A stretch of 64,000 nt of DNA, taken from Antedon mediterranea. Taxonomy: Eukaryota; Animalia; Echinodermata. A model generated the notes under the pieces. It was not told where the DNA came from. It was given only the letters and a program-made list of their open reading frames with translations, and did no database searches. The position numbers were made by a program, and so were the translations under genes. Positions within the stretch are counted from its first letter, which is position 1. Each line of letters begins with the position of its first letter. Where the stretch lies: the NCBI RefSeq assembly GCF_964355755.1, contig NC_092672.1:14322001-14386000 (forward strand), written 5' to 3'. This document shows positions 26,329 to 38,760 of the stretch, in pieces.

Positions 26329-26760
26329 AAAAATGTGTATCTATATAATTTCTTCTATTTATAATATTTGTTTTAGCTTTAGATTTTTACTGTAAATTGT
26401 TGATTATGTTTTTTATGAATAAAGATTTGACTTGACTACTGTTACGTGTTACGATAGCCAGGTGTCACGATAATAACCAAGGGTCACATGCAAATGAGTC
26501 AAGTGGACGAATCAGAAGGGAGCGCTATATGCGCGGTATTTTTGGAAAGGGTAGCCTACAAGTCAGAGATGGTAGGCTATCTGTAGAAGAAATAATACAG
26601 TGGATATTGGACGGCCAGAGATTAAATCAATTGAAAACGACTATGGAACATTGTATAAAAGTTAATTGCAGTAAACTATAATATTGTGATTGAGACTGCA
26701 AGCGAGGCAGGACGCTTCTGCTTTATATTCTCAATTTTGTCACAAGTACTCTCACTTCCA

Positions 26761-26793
26761 CTGACGAAGGGCTAGTTCAGTGCCCGAAAGCTC
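26761..26793 (+). ncRNA. Minimal hammerhead ribozyme core within a Penelope-like repeat (~26440-26910)
   Basis: CTGACGA-A-GGGC-TAGTTCAGT-GCCC-GAAA-GC-TC with a 4-bp GC stem II. The downstream ~125 bp is repeated at 13229-13368. Confidence 0.6.
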
Positions 26794-27363
26794 TGCTAAT
26801 TTTTCTGGCTGTTTTACTTGATCGTTTTGATTTAGTTTTGCGCTTATTTCATTTTGTATCTCTATTGAGATCCAGACACTGATACCCACAGCATTGTCAT
26901 TTGCCTTTGAATCTACTCATATTGATCGACAGGTCACGCTATTCTCTTGTAATGAATAAACAGAATCTGTTCCTATAAAAACAACATTGCTTCTTCGTTT
27001 TCCATTTTTATGACACAAATTATAAAAACACGATTTATGTTACGTTGTTGTTGTTATAATCACTTTCTAGAAAAAAACAACAATACAGAATAAAAGTAAA
27101 CCTATATAGGCTAAGTTAAATCTTTTAAATGAAAATTGATTATATTTAAAAGCATGAAAATAACCAGACCTAATAGCAAAAGCCCGACACAATAATGTTA
27201 GTAAAAAAGATAAATATACAGGGGAAAACTACTGTGAAAACAATATATAATACTGTCCATACGTAGATACACCAGTATAGGCCTTGTTATAACAAAAGTA
27301 TATATTTTTCAACTACGGATGTATATTGCAGCATAATGGTTTAAATGCCCTATACCTATAGGC

Positions 27364-30300
27364 TAGTCAATCTAGCAAAAAAAACAGCCCAAAGTGAAAC
27401 AAATTGCAAACAGAGATTTTTCTTTTTTAAATGGTCATATATGATGAGGAGATCAAAATTTGAGTATCACACCTCTGTCACTCATCCCGATGATATGCAA
27501 ATTAGCTTAAATATGCAAATTAGGGTGAAATTACAAGGTTACCATATCTCAAAAACTACTAGTCCGAGAGAGTTGATTTTTTCACTGATCTATTCAAAAT
27601 GTATATATTTATATTTACTCTAATGAAACATTTTACGAAAAAATGACCAGAAGTACAACATTTGACCTTCGACCCCATTTCTCAATGTTTGCATATACAA
27701 TGTGACTAAAATGTCTGTAGAGACTTTATTTTGCCCTCAAATGACCCAGACATAGGTTCCTAATAGCCAGCATAGGATCACTTTGTAATTCCCAAAATCA
27801 CACCTTTGTCACACACCTCGAAAGTATGCAAATTAGTAGTACAATTTAAATAAAATATGCAAATAAGGGGAAAAAATTACAGTTGTCCTATATCTCGAAA
27901 ACCACTAATGCTAGAGAGCTGATTTTTTCACAGCCGTATTCAAAATGTACATATTTCTATTTGCTCCAATGAAAAATTTTACAAAAAATTGACCGGAAGT
28001 ATGACATTTGACCCTCGACCCCATTTCTCAATATTGCATATATAAATGAAACTAAAATGTCTGTAGAGACTTTGTTTTGCCCTCAAATGACTCCGATACA
28101 GGTTTCTAATAGCCAACATAGGACTGTTTAGTAGATCTCAAAATCACACCTGTATCACTCACCTCCAAAGTATGCAAATTATTAGTACAAGTTACATGAA
28201 ATATGCAAATTAGAGGGTGAAATTAAAGGTTCCTATATATCGAAAACCACTAAGGCTAGAGAGTTGATTTTTTCAATAACTTGTTCAGAATGTACATATT
28301 TATATTTACTCTAATGAAACATTTTACGAAAAAATGACCGGAAATACAACAATTGACCCTCAACCCCATTTATTAATGTTTGCATACATAATGCGACTAA
28401 AATGTCTGTAGAGACTTTGTTTTGGACTCAAATAACTCGGATACATGTTTCCTATAGTCAGCATAGGACCGCTTTGTAATTCCCAAAATCACGCCTTCGT
28501 TTTGGCATGGTTGGAATTCCCTTTTTTCGTATTAGTTTATGTACAGCGGTTACACAACATTAGGCGCTATATAAATCCAGGATATTATTATTATTATTTC
28601 TCAATATTTGCATATAATGCAACTAAAATGTATGTACAGACTTTGTTTTGGCCTCAAATGACTCGGATACAGGTTTTATATAGCCAGTATAAGTCAAGCA
28701 CCTCGAAAGTATGCAAATTAGTAGTACAAGCTATATGAAATATGCAAATTACAGTGAATTGCCTTATGTATCTCGAAAACGCTAATGACCGAGAGAGAGA
28801 GATATGGAAACTTTCTTGTACTACTGATTTGCGAAGTAACAGAGGTGTGATTTTGAGAATTACTAAACAGTTCTATGCTGGCTATAAAAAACCTGTATCT
28901 GGGTCATTATTGAAAAAAAAATTTATCGAAAGTATGACATTTGACCCTCGAACCTATTTCTCAATATTTGCATATAATGCAACTAAAATGTATGTACATA
29001 CTTTGTTTTGGCCTCAAATGACTTGGATACAGGTTTTATATAGCCAGTATAGGATCGTTTAGTAATTCCAAAAGTCAAGCAACTCGAAAGTATGCAAATT
29101 ATTAGTACAAGTTATATGAAATATGCAAATTACAGCCTTATGTATCTCGAAAAACGCTAATGACCGATAGAGATATGGCAACTTTCACCTCTTGTACTAC
29201 TAATTTTCATATTTTCTAGGAAATTAACAAAGGTGTGATTTTGAGAATTACTACAGTTCTATGCTGGCTATAGAAAACCTGTATCTGAGTCATTTGAGGC
29301 CAAAACAGTCTGTACAGATATTTTAGTTGAATTATATGAAAATATTGAGAAATAGGGTCAAGGGTCAAATGTCATAATTCAATCAAGACAATTTTTGCAT
29401 AAAATGTTTCATTACAGCGAATATAAATATGTACATTCTGAATCAACTCTGAATTCAAATCAACTCTCTAGCATTAATGGTTTTCGAGATATGGGAAGAC
29501 TGTAATTTCACCCCTCATTTGCATATTTCGTGTAACTTGTACTAATAATTTGCATACTTTCAAGGTATGTGACAAAGATGTGATTTTGGGAATTACAAAG
29601 AGGTCCTATGCTGACAATAGGAAAACTGTATCCGAGTCATTTGAGTCCAAAAAAATTATCTACAGACATTTTAGTCGCATTATGTATGCAAACATTGATA
29701 AATAGGGTCAAGGGTCAATTGTTGTATTTCCAGTCATTTTTTCGTAAAATGTTTCATTAGAGCAAATATAAATATGTACATTCTGAACAAGTTTTTGAAA
29801 AAATCAACTCTCTACCTTAGCGGTTTTCGATACATATAGGAACCTGTAATTTCACCCCCTAATTTGCATATTTCATGTAACTTGTACTAATAATTTGCAT
29901 ACTTTGAAGGTGAGTGATACAGGTGTGATTTTGAGATTTACTAAACATTCCTATGTTGGCTATTAGAAACCTGTATCCGAGTCATTTGAGGGCAAAACAA
30001 AGTCTCTACAGACATTTTAGTTTTCATTATATATGCAATATTGAGAAATGGGGTCGAGGGTCAAATGTTATAGTTCCGGGCATTTTTTTGTAAAATGTCT
30101 CATTACAGCAAATATAAATATATACATTTTAAATATTTTAGTGAAAAAAATCAACACTCTAGCATTAGCGGTTTTCGAGATATGGCAACGGTGTAATTTC
30201 ACTCCCTAATTTGCATATTTAATATTACTTGTACTACTAATTTGCATACTTTCGAGGTGCGTGACGAAGTTGTGATTTTAGGAATTATAATACAGTTCTA

Positions 30301-30680
30301 TGGTGGGTATTGAAAAACAATATCCAAGTCATTGAGTCCAAAATAAAGTCTCTACAGACATTTTAATCACATATTTATGTAAATATTGAGAAATGGGGTC
30401 AAGGGTCAAAATTTGGTACTTTCGGACATTTTTATGTAAAATGTCTCATTAGAGCAAATATAAATATATATATTCTGAACCAGACTGTGCAAAAAATGAA
30501 CTCTCTACGATTAGTAGTTTTTAAGATATGGTAACCCTGTAATTTCACCCTAATTTGCATACCTTCGGGATGAGTGTCAGAGGTGTGATGCTCAAAAAAT
30601 AATTACCTTATCATATGTAACCATTAAAAAAAAAAAATCTCTGTTTGCAATTTGTTTCACTCAAAATGCTAGATTGACTA
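27364..30680. mobile_element. Non-autonomous Academ-like foldback element with very long modular inverted arms
   Basis: Termini TAGTCAATCTAGCA...TGCTAGATTGACTA (TAG...CTA), flanked by GGC and GTC (imperfect 3-bp TSD). The arms consist of ~355-bp repeats carrying ATGCAAAT and TTTGACCCTCGACCCC motifs, inverted about a centre near 29200. Confidence 0.8.
28500..28600 (+). mobile_element. L2/SINE-like 3' tail fragment inserted in the foldback element
   Basis: GCGCTATATAAATCC...(TAT)n ending, which interrupts the 355-bp repeats. Confidence 0.5.
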
Positions 30681-31886
30681 GTCTACTATCTCACCTTATG
30701 TTTTTAAAAGTCCGTATACACCAAATTAATATTGTTAGGCCTACTACATTAAGTCACATTATTACACATTGGCCAAGTACTGTAAAAAATCATTTACATA
30801 GTACGCTAGTCAGATTAATTTTCGACAAATTCACAGTAGGGCCACTAATGTACGATGAACTGTGATTTCTGGTTTTCTTTTCAGAATACATCACATTCAA
30901 ATTATTGTATTTAAGTAATTAGGCCTACAAAAATAAATAATTTAATCTATAAAAAAACAAACAAATGATTTTGTATTTTGTATGTTAATATAGCAATATT
31001 AATGAATCTGTTATTTACTTGACGATATTTATTAATATCATTCAAAATGTTAAATTTCAATTATACCTTTCAAACATAGTTTAGTACAGGGGTACGCGAC
31101 TTGTGTGATGAAGAAATAGACAGTATAAACTCATTGATGCCAATGGATTTGAGGGTGAAGACAAAATGATAACATTTACGGAAGATTATTAATTAATTTA
31201 CTAATTAAATTCTAGAGACAGAACACATTTTGACGTTTCGATTCGAGACATGCTCATCTCAAAAATCCAAACGTCAGATTTTCAAATGTCTTCTTCTCTT
31301 ATTTGGAGTTACCCACATTATTTTGTCTGAAATTAGTGGACCTACTGGTTACGATACTTGCATTCAACAGACCACCAAATGAAGCGTTTGCGCCCTCTCG
31401 AGAGATACAACAATTAATTATCCGTTTTATCTGAGAGACTGGTCTATAACTTCAGATAAATTCTTGCTATACGATGAGGGCACGGCACTTTCAGTTGTAT
31501 AGAATTGTATTATTATGATTCTTTGTCCTTTGTGATTGAAGATTTGAAGATTGAATGATCTGATAAAAATTTTTTTAAATGACTGATTTTTCGCATATAA
31601 AAAAAGAAAAATTAAATTATAATGTTATTAGTATGTGTTATTTTCTATTATTGTACTTGGGCCAGTGGCCTACATACTATTGAATAAATGAATGAATGAC
31701 TGGGAGCATTGTGATTGGCACTGTTCTTGTTCTCTTTGGGGGATATTTGGTTTTGTTGTTGCATTTATATTCATTCCAATGAAAAATTTGAGCAAAATTT
31801 AGCCTTGTGTATTTATATAACCTGGTCACAAAGGTTAATATTTAGCTTTTCAGAGGCCGTATGGTGTAACAATACATTTTCTGCTA

Positions 31887-32119
31887 TGTTGACTGCTGAA
31901 ATGACTGTTGACTGTTGACTGCTGAAATGACGTTGACTGTTGACTGCTGAAATGACTGTTGACTGTTGACTGCTGAAATGAGGTTGACTGTTGACTGCTG
32001 AAATGACTGTTGACTGTTGACTGCTGAAATGACGTTGACTGTTGACTGCTGAAATGACTGTTGACTGTTGACTGCTGAAATGACTGTTGACTGTTGACTG
32101 CTGAAATGACGTTGACTGC
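31887..32119. repeat. ~26-bp minisatellite (TGTTGACTGCTGAAATGAC(T)GTTGAC)
   Basis: About 9 tandem copies, directly visible. Confidence 0.95.
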
Positions 32120-32891
32120 CGATATATACTGCTGTGTAATATTTTTCTTTCATATTATTTCATTCAAATCTCACCAATTCCAGGATAGATAATATTATAA
32201 CAGATATTGCCTTTTATCGTCGATTATAACATTGAGATTTTCCTTAGTAATGCTTTTCTCATTACTAGCCTATAAATAAAAAAATATATAAATAATCCTT
32301 CGAGAAATAAAATTCGCTAGGAGAATCTCGAATGTTATAATAATCTATAAGCCGGCAATATCTGTACAGTATTTAATGGCATGTCTCAATCACATTATAA
32401 ATATTAATACTAAAAAAACTTGAAGGAAAAACATTGTTGTTTATGTTATTATTGAAGGTGTTGAAATAAGTAAAGAACTTTGAATCGATTTTCTTCCTGT
32501 AGAAATTAGTTTATTTTATTCACGATCATAGAAATGGAATAATATCGAATATTCTACAATAGATTACCTTAAATTATTCATGAAATTAAATTTGTACAAT
32601 AAAATCGAACGTTTCAGCAGCAGATGATCAATTAGATTATTACTGGTTCTCACAATAGAAGGATATTACTCTTTGATAATAATATTATAAGATACTTTTG
32701 ATGGTTATACACATTTTTCCTACTGCACACATTCACAAATTGAATACTATCGGCCATCTTAATCTAAATGCCCCACTTTTCTCCCAACATTTTGTTGGAT
32801 GTTTGTTCATTGCTATTGCACGCATAATGACCGCAATTGTACCGGGAAGGTGTTCGGGGTTCGTTTCATTAATGAGGAATAAAAACCGGAA

Positions 32892-34706
32892 TTATACTGG
32901 GAATGTTTTCAACTACCAAACCGTCATGGAGTGGATGAGTTTGTACTGGGAATGCTTTAAATTACTGGAGAGGTTTCAACTACCAAACCGTCATGGAGTG
33001 GACGAGTTTGTAATGGGAATGCTTTAAATTACTGGAGAGGTTTCAACTACCAAACCGTCATGGAGTGGACGAGTTTGTAATGGGAATGCTTTAAATTACT
33101 GGAGAGGTTTCAACTACCAAACCGTCATGGAGTGGACGAGTTTGTAATGGGAATGCTTTAAATTACTGGAGAGGTTTCAACTACCAAACCGTCATGGAGT
33201 GGATGAGTTTGTACTGGGAATGCTTTAAATTACTGGAGAGGTTTCAACTACCAAACCGTCATGGAGTGGACGAGTTTGTAATGGGAATGCTTTAAATTAC
33301 TGGAGAGGTTTCAACTACCAAACCGTCATGGAGTGGATGAGTTTGTACTGGGAATGCTTTAAATTACTGGAGAGGTTTCAACTACCAAACCGTCATGGAG
33401 TGGATGAGTTTGTACTGGGAATGCTTTAAATTACTGGAGAGGTTTCAACTACCAAACCGTCATGGAGTGGACGAGTTTGTAATGGGAATGCTTTAAATTA
33501 CTGGAGAGGTTTCAACTACCAAACCGTCATGGAGTGGATGAGTTTGTACTGGGAATGCTTTAAATTACTGGAGAGGTTTCAACTACCAAACCGTCATGAA
33601 GTGGACGAGTTTGTAATGGGAATGCTTTAAATTACTGGAGAGGTTTCAACTACCAAACCGTCATGGAGTGGATGAGTTTGTACTGGGAATGCTTTAAATT
33701 ACTGGAGAGGTTTCAACTACCAAACCGTCATGGAGTGGACGAGTTTGTAATGGGAATGCTTTAAATTACTGGAGAGGTTTCAACTACCAAACCGTCATGG
33801 AGTGGATGAGTTTGTACTGGGAATGCTTTAAATTACTGGAGAGGTTTCAACTACCAAACCGTCATGGAGTGGACGAGTTTGTAATGGGAATGCTATAAAT
33901 TACTGGAGAGGTTTCAACTACCAAACCGTCTTGGAGTGGATGAGTTTGTACTGGGAATGCCTTAAATTACTGGAGAGGTTTCAACTACCAAACCGTCATG
34001 GATTGGACTAGTTTGTAATGGGAATGCTTTAAATTACTGGAGAGGTTTCAACTACCAAACCGTCATGGAGTGGATGAGTTTGTACTGGGAATGCTTTAAA
34101 TTACTGGAGAGGTTTCAACTACCAAACCGTCATGGAGTGGACGAGTTTGTAATGGGAATGCTTTAAATTACTGGAGAGGTTTCAACTACCAAACCGTCAT
34201 GGAGTGGACGAGTTTGTACTGGGAATGCTTTAAATTACTGGAGAGGTTTCAACTACCAAACCGTCATGGAGTGGACGAGTTTGTAATGAGAATGCTTTAA
34301 ATTACTGGAGAGGTTTCAACTACCAAACCGTCATGGAGTGGACGAGTTTGTACTGGGAATGCTTTAAATTACTGGAGAGGTTTCAACTACCAAACCGTCA
34401 TGGAGTGGACGAGTTTGTAATGGGAATGCTTTAAATTACTGGAGAGGTTTCAACTACCAAACCGTCATGGAGTGGACGAGTTTGTAATGGGAATGCTTTA
34501 AATTACTGGAGAGGTTTCAACTACCAAACCGTCATGGAGTGGACGAGTTTGTAATGGGAATGCTTTAAATTACTGGAGAGGTTTCAACTACCAAACCGTC
34601 ATGGAGTGGACGAGTTTGTAATGGGAATGCTTTAAATTACTGGAGAGGTTTCAACTACCAAACCGTCATGGAGTGGATGAGTTTGTACTGGGAATGCTTT
34701 AAATTA
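32892..34706. repeat. 67-bp satellite, ~27 copies (left part of the array)
   Basis: Unit AAATTACTGGAGAGGTTTCAACTACCAAACCGTCATGGAGTGGAYGAGTTTGTAMTGGGAATGCTTT, with successive copies starting at 32959, 33026 and so on. There are no unique spacers. Confidence 0.97.
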
Positions 34707-35932
34707 TAGACAGGTTCCATTTCTCAAAAAACGGCCTAGAAAACGAATCAAGAAGCATTTTTGGGTAGAAGCTGGGATCCACTTGATTTAGGATATTTCG
34801 ACCTCGCTGATTACGAATATGGCGGATCCCAAGCGAAATTCGGCCATCTAAGCCCTTAATTTGCATAATTAAAAATGGCGGCCATTTTTTATAATTACCC
34901 TATATCTCGAGAACCACTAGTCACAGATAATTAATTTTGGTCTCAAAATGTTTTAAATATATGTTTTTATATTCACTTTAATGACACATTTTCTCAAAAA
35001 ATGGATGCAAGTCTTATTTCTGACATTTTGACCTTTGACCTTGATTTATCGTATCTCAGTAACCAATAATCGGAGAGACACGAAATAGGGCTCAAATTGT
35101 TCAGAAACTATACATTCATATTTATTATAATGAAATGTTTTTACAAAAAATGGCCGATTCTACAACTATTGACCTTTGAACTATTAGTCAAATATAATAA
35201 TATAACTTTGAAAATTGTGGTCTTATGAATTTTTTTTTCTTTTTAAATTGTTTAAAACATGTGTGTTTCTATCCAGTCTAATGGCACATTTTGTACAAGA
35301 ATGGCCGATAGTATGGTTATTGACCTTTAAACTATAGCATATAGGCCTACTGTATACTAAATATAATATAATTGCATAACTATGAAATTATTTATACACA
35401 ATAATAATTAGTAAAATTATAAAATTCACTGCCATCAAATATTATGTGTTATGATTTATATAGATTTAAAAAAAATTTGAACACGCAAGTTACATTTGTT
35501 GAAATTTGAAATTTGAAATTACCTGCCATCAATATGATGGAGTATGATTATAGATTTTTTTAAATGTGAACATGTCAGCTACATTTGGAAATTACCTGCC
35601 ATCAATATGATGGATTATGATTATAGATTTAAAAAAGAATTTGAACACGTAAGCTACATTTGAAAATTACCTGCCATCAATAGGATGGATTATGATTATA
35701 GATTTAAAAAAGAATTTGAACACATCAGCTACATTTGGAAATTTGGAAATTACCTGCCATCAATATGATGGATTATGATTGTATAGAGGCCTACCTGCCA
35801 TCAATATGATGGATTATGATTATAGATTTAAAAAAGAATTTGAACACGTACTAAGCTACATTTGAAAATTACCTGCCATCAATATGATGGATTATGATTG
35901 TATAGATTTAAAAGAAAATGTGAACACGTAAG

Positions 35933-37080
35933 CTACATTTGGAATGAACATGTTAAGGGCATCAGTTTAAGATCATTCATGCAAAGGTTTCCGTCATCTT
36001 TAGCGTTGTTACAGCGGCATAAAGCTGTACATGGTAGTTTTGACTTCTTGCACCTACATCTATTGGTTATGCATCGTGTCTTGCATCCACAATAAATCAT
36101 CTCTAACGAAGCAGTAGGAATAGCTTCATTTTTCAGAAGCACTGGTTGAAGTTTACCATTAGATAGCTCCCACCCAAAATCTGTTGGTGATGACAAATGC
36201 TGGATTGGCGATACAGCTTTTTTCCACCATACGAGTGCTTGGAAGTGTGCTCTTTTTATATGTTGGTGCACTGCATCGCTTGTTGGAGGTAATGCCTCTG
36301 TTTTTTTGGGTTTTTTTTAAAGCCTAACTTCATTGGTACTTTTAACTTGACAAACACCGTAAACGTAGCAAATGAATCTTTCCGATTTCATAATAACTTG
36401 GTCACTGATAGGTTTTCTCCCAGGTCTTTAATTAGTTCATAATTTTTTTTAATACTTGCCGATGCCTTTGAGTGACCACTTAGATATGAACAGGGAAGAG
36501 TTACATTACTGTATGTATGTATTAATGTAATTTAACTCTTCCCTGGATATGAGGTAGTATCGCATCCACTAATAGTGTGGAATGGAATCAGTGCTTTTGC
36601 ATAACCCTCGGGCAAGGCTTGAAAAATGTCTTTTATAGATACTTTCTTTTTTTTTTGGATGTCCCTGTCATCATCCATTTGGATACCATTCTTTGGTAGT
36701 GAGACACTAGAATCACTAGTACGTCTGTATTCCTAGAAGCAACTACTACTGTGTCGTATCGGACATTGGCAGCATGACAAGTCTCGTGTCCGATTCTTCA
36801 TGATCTGCGACCAGAGACAACGTATTCGTGTAGACTTTTGATGATTTAACAACTGATTCTTTCATAAATCCACCAGCTGTGACAATTTCTTTGTCTATAG
36901 GAGCTTGACGAATCAACTCCTCTGATAGAAATCGTGCCAGATCTGCTTTATTATCTTGTAATGCCTAAAAGTTTGACCAGCAATTTGGCAGCGGTATTTC
37001 ACCACTTTCTATAATTCGACGAATTGGTCTCTGTGTTTTGGTTCATCTTTGTCTAGTGGTGCCCTTTATCGACAGTTTTA
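35933..37080 (-). pseudogene. Academ transposase 3' portion (XPG-like nuclease and Cys-rich zinc finger), with frameshifts and stops
   Basis: Motifs as listed for the element, including the ORF 35933-36271. A second copy of the C-terminal part lies on the + strand at 37094-37479. Confidence 0.85.
36491..36545. mobile_element. 55-bp hAT-like micro-MITE
   Basis: TIR CAGGGAAGAGTTA...TAACTCTTCCCTG with an 8-bp TSD, GATATGAA (36483-36490) and GATATGAG (36546-36553). Removing it restores GCDTTSYLSGHSK. Confidence 0.85.
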
Positions 37081-38611
37081 AGTTAGGCATGCCATGTTAA
37101 AAAAAACAAAACCAGAGGCATTACCTCCAACAAGCGATGCAGTGCACCAACATATAAAAAGAGCACACTTCCAAGCACTCGTCTGGAAAAAAAAGCTGTA
37201 TCGCCAATCCAGCATTTGCCATCACCAACAGATTTTGGGTGGGAGCTATCTAATGGTAAACTTCAACCAGTGCTTATGAAAAATGAAGCTATTCCTACTG
37301 CTTCGTTAGAGATGATTTATTGTGGATGCAAGACACGATGCATAACCAATAGATGTAGGTGCAAGAAGTCAAAACTACCATGTACAGCTTTATGCCGCTG
37401 TAACAACGCTAAAGATGACGGAAACCTTTGCATGAATGATCTTAAACTGATGCCCTTAACATGTTCATTCCAAATGTAGCTTACGTGTTCACATTTTCTT
37501 TTAAATCTATACAATCATAATCCATCATATTGATGGCAGGTTATTTTCAAATGTAGCTTAGTACGTGTTCAAATTCTTTTTTAAATCTATAATCATAATC
37601 CATCATATTGATGGCAGGTAGGCCTCTATACAATCATAATCCATCATATTGATGGCAGGTAATTTCCAAATTTCCAAATGTAGCTGATGTGTTCAAATTC
37701 TTTTTTAAATCTATAATCATAATCCATCATATTGATGGCAGGTAATTTCCAAATGTAGCTGACATGTTCACATTTAAAAAAATCTATAATCATACTCCAT
37801 CATATTGATGGCAGGTAATTTCAAATTTCAAATTTCAACAAATGTAACTTGCGTGTTCAAATTTTTTTTAAATCTATATAAATCATAACACATAATATTT
37901 GATGGCAGTGAATTTTATAATTTTACTAATTATTATTGTGTATAAATAATTTCATAGTTATGCAATTATATTATATTTAGTATACCTATGCTATAGTTTA
38001 AAGGTCAATAACCATACTATCGGCCATTCTTGTACAAAATGTGCCATTAGACTGGATAGAAACACACATGTTTTAAACAATTTAAAAAGAAAAAAAAAAT
38101 CATAAGACCACAATTTTCAAAGTAATATTATTATATTTGACTAATAGTTCAAAGGTCAATAGTTGTAGAATCGGCCATTTTTTGTAAAAACATTTCATTA
38201 TAATAAATATGAATGTATAGTTTCTGAACAATTTGAGCCCTATTTCGTGTCTCTCCGATTATTGGTTACTGAGATACGATAAATCAAGGTCAAAGGTCAA
38301 AATTTCAGAAATAAGACTTGCATCCATTTTTTGAGAAAATGTGTCATTAAAGTGAATATAAAAACTTATATTTAAAACATTTTGAGACCAAAATTAATTA
38401 TCTGTGACTAGTGGTTCTCGAGATATAGGGTAATTATAAAAAATGGCCGCCATTTTTAATTATGCAAATTAAGGGCTTAGATGGCCGAATTTCGCTTGGG
38501 ATCCGCCATATTCGTAATCAGCGAGGTCGAAATATCCTAAATCAAGTGGATCCCAGCTTCTACCCAAAAATGCTTCTTACACCATATTTCAGAGGAAATA
38601 GAACTTGTCTA

Positions 38612-38760
38612 TTACTGGAGAGGTTTCAACTACCAAACCGTCATGAAGTGGATGAGTTTGTACTGGGAATGCTTTAAATTACTGGAGAGGTTTCAACTAC
38701 CAAACCGTCATGGAGTGGATGAGTTTGTACTGGGAATGCTTTAAATTACTGGAGAGGTTT
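38612..38760. repeat. 67-bp satellite, ~2 copies (right remainder of the array)
   Basis: Resumes in register (TTA-CTGGAGAGG) after the transposon. Confidence 0.95.

Larger units (their letters stand above)
34707..38611 (-). mobile_element. Defective Academ DNA transposon with ~1.5-1.6-kb inverted arms, inserted in the 67-bp satellite
   Basis: Termini TAGACAGGTTC...GAACTTGTCTA with a 3-bp TSD TTA. Minus-strand remnants NKADLARFL, DHEESDTRL, VVVASRNTDV and GCDTTSY (XPG/PIN-like), and LPPTSDAVHQHIKRAHFQ...GW...CGCKTRC...CRC...CTALCRC (C-terminal Cys-rich finger). 34707-36330 is the reverse complement of 37080-38611. Confidence 0.88.

Noticed and set aside
31228-31265. Minus-strand GAAACGTC hammerhead-like motif (a similar one lies at ~18531-18560)
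   Set aside because: The CUGANGA box is missing and the sequence is too degenerate to call.
32892-34706. CRISPR-like appearance of the regular 67-bp array (also the 37-, 39- and 58-bp arrays)
   Set aside because: Units are contiguous and near-identical with no unique spacers, there are no cas genes, and the context is eukaryotic.
37094-37479. Cys-rich ORFs (also 35933-36271) as a host tesmin/CXC-domain gene
   Set aside because: They lie within the inverted arms of a TSD-flanked element, are frameshifted, and match the Academ transposase C-terminus.
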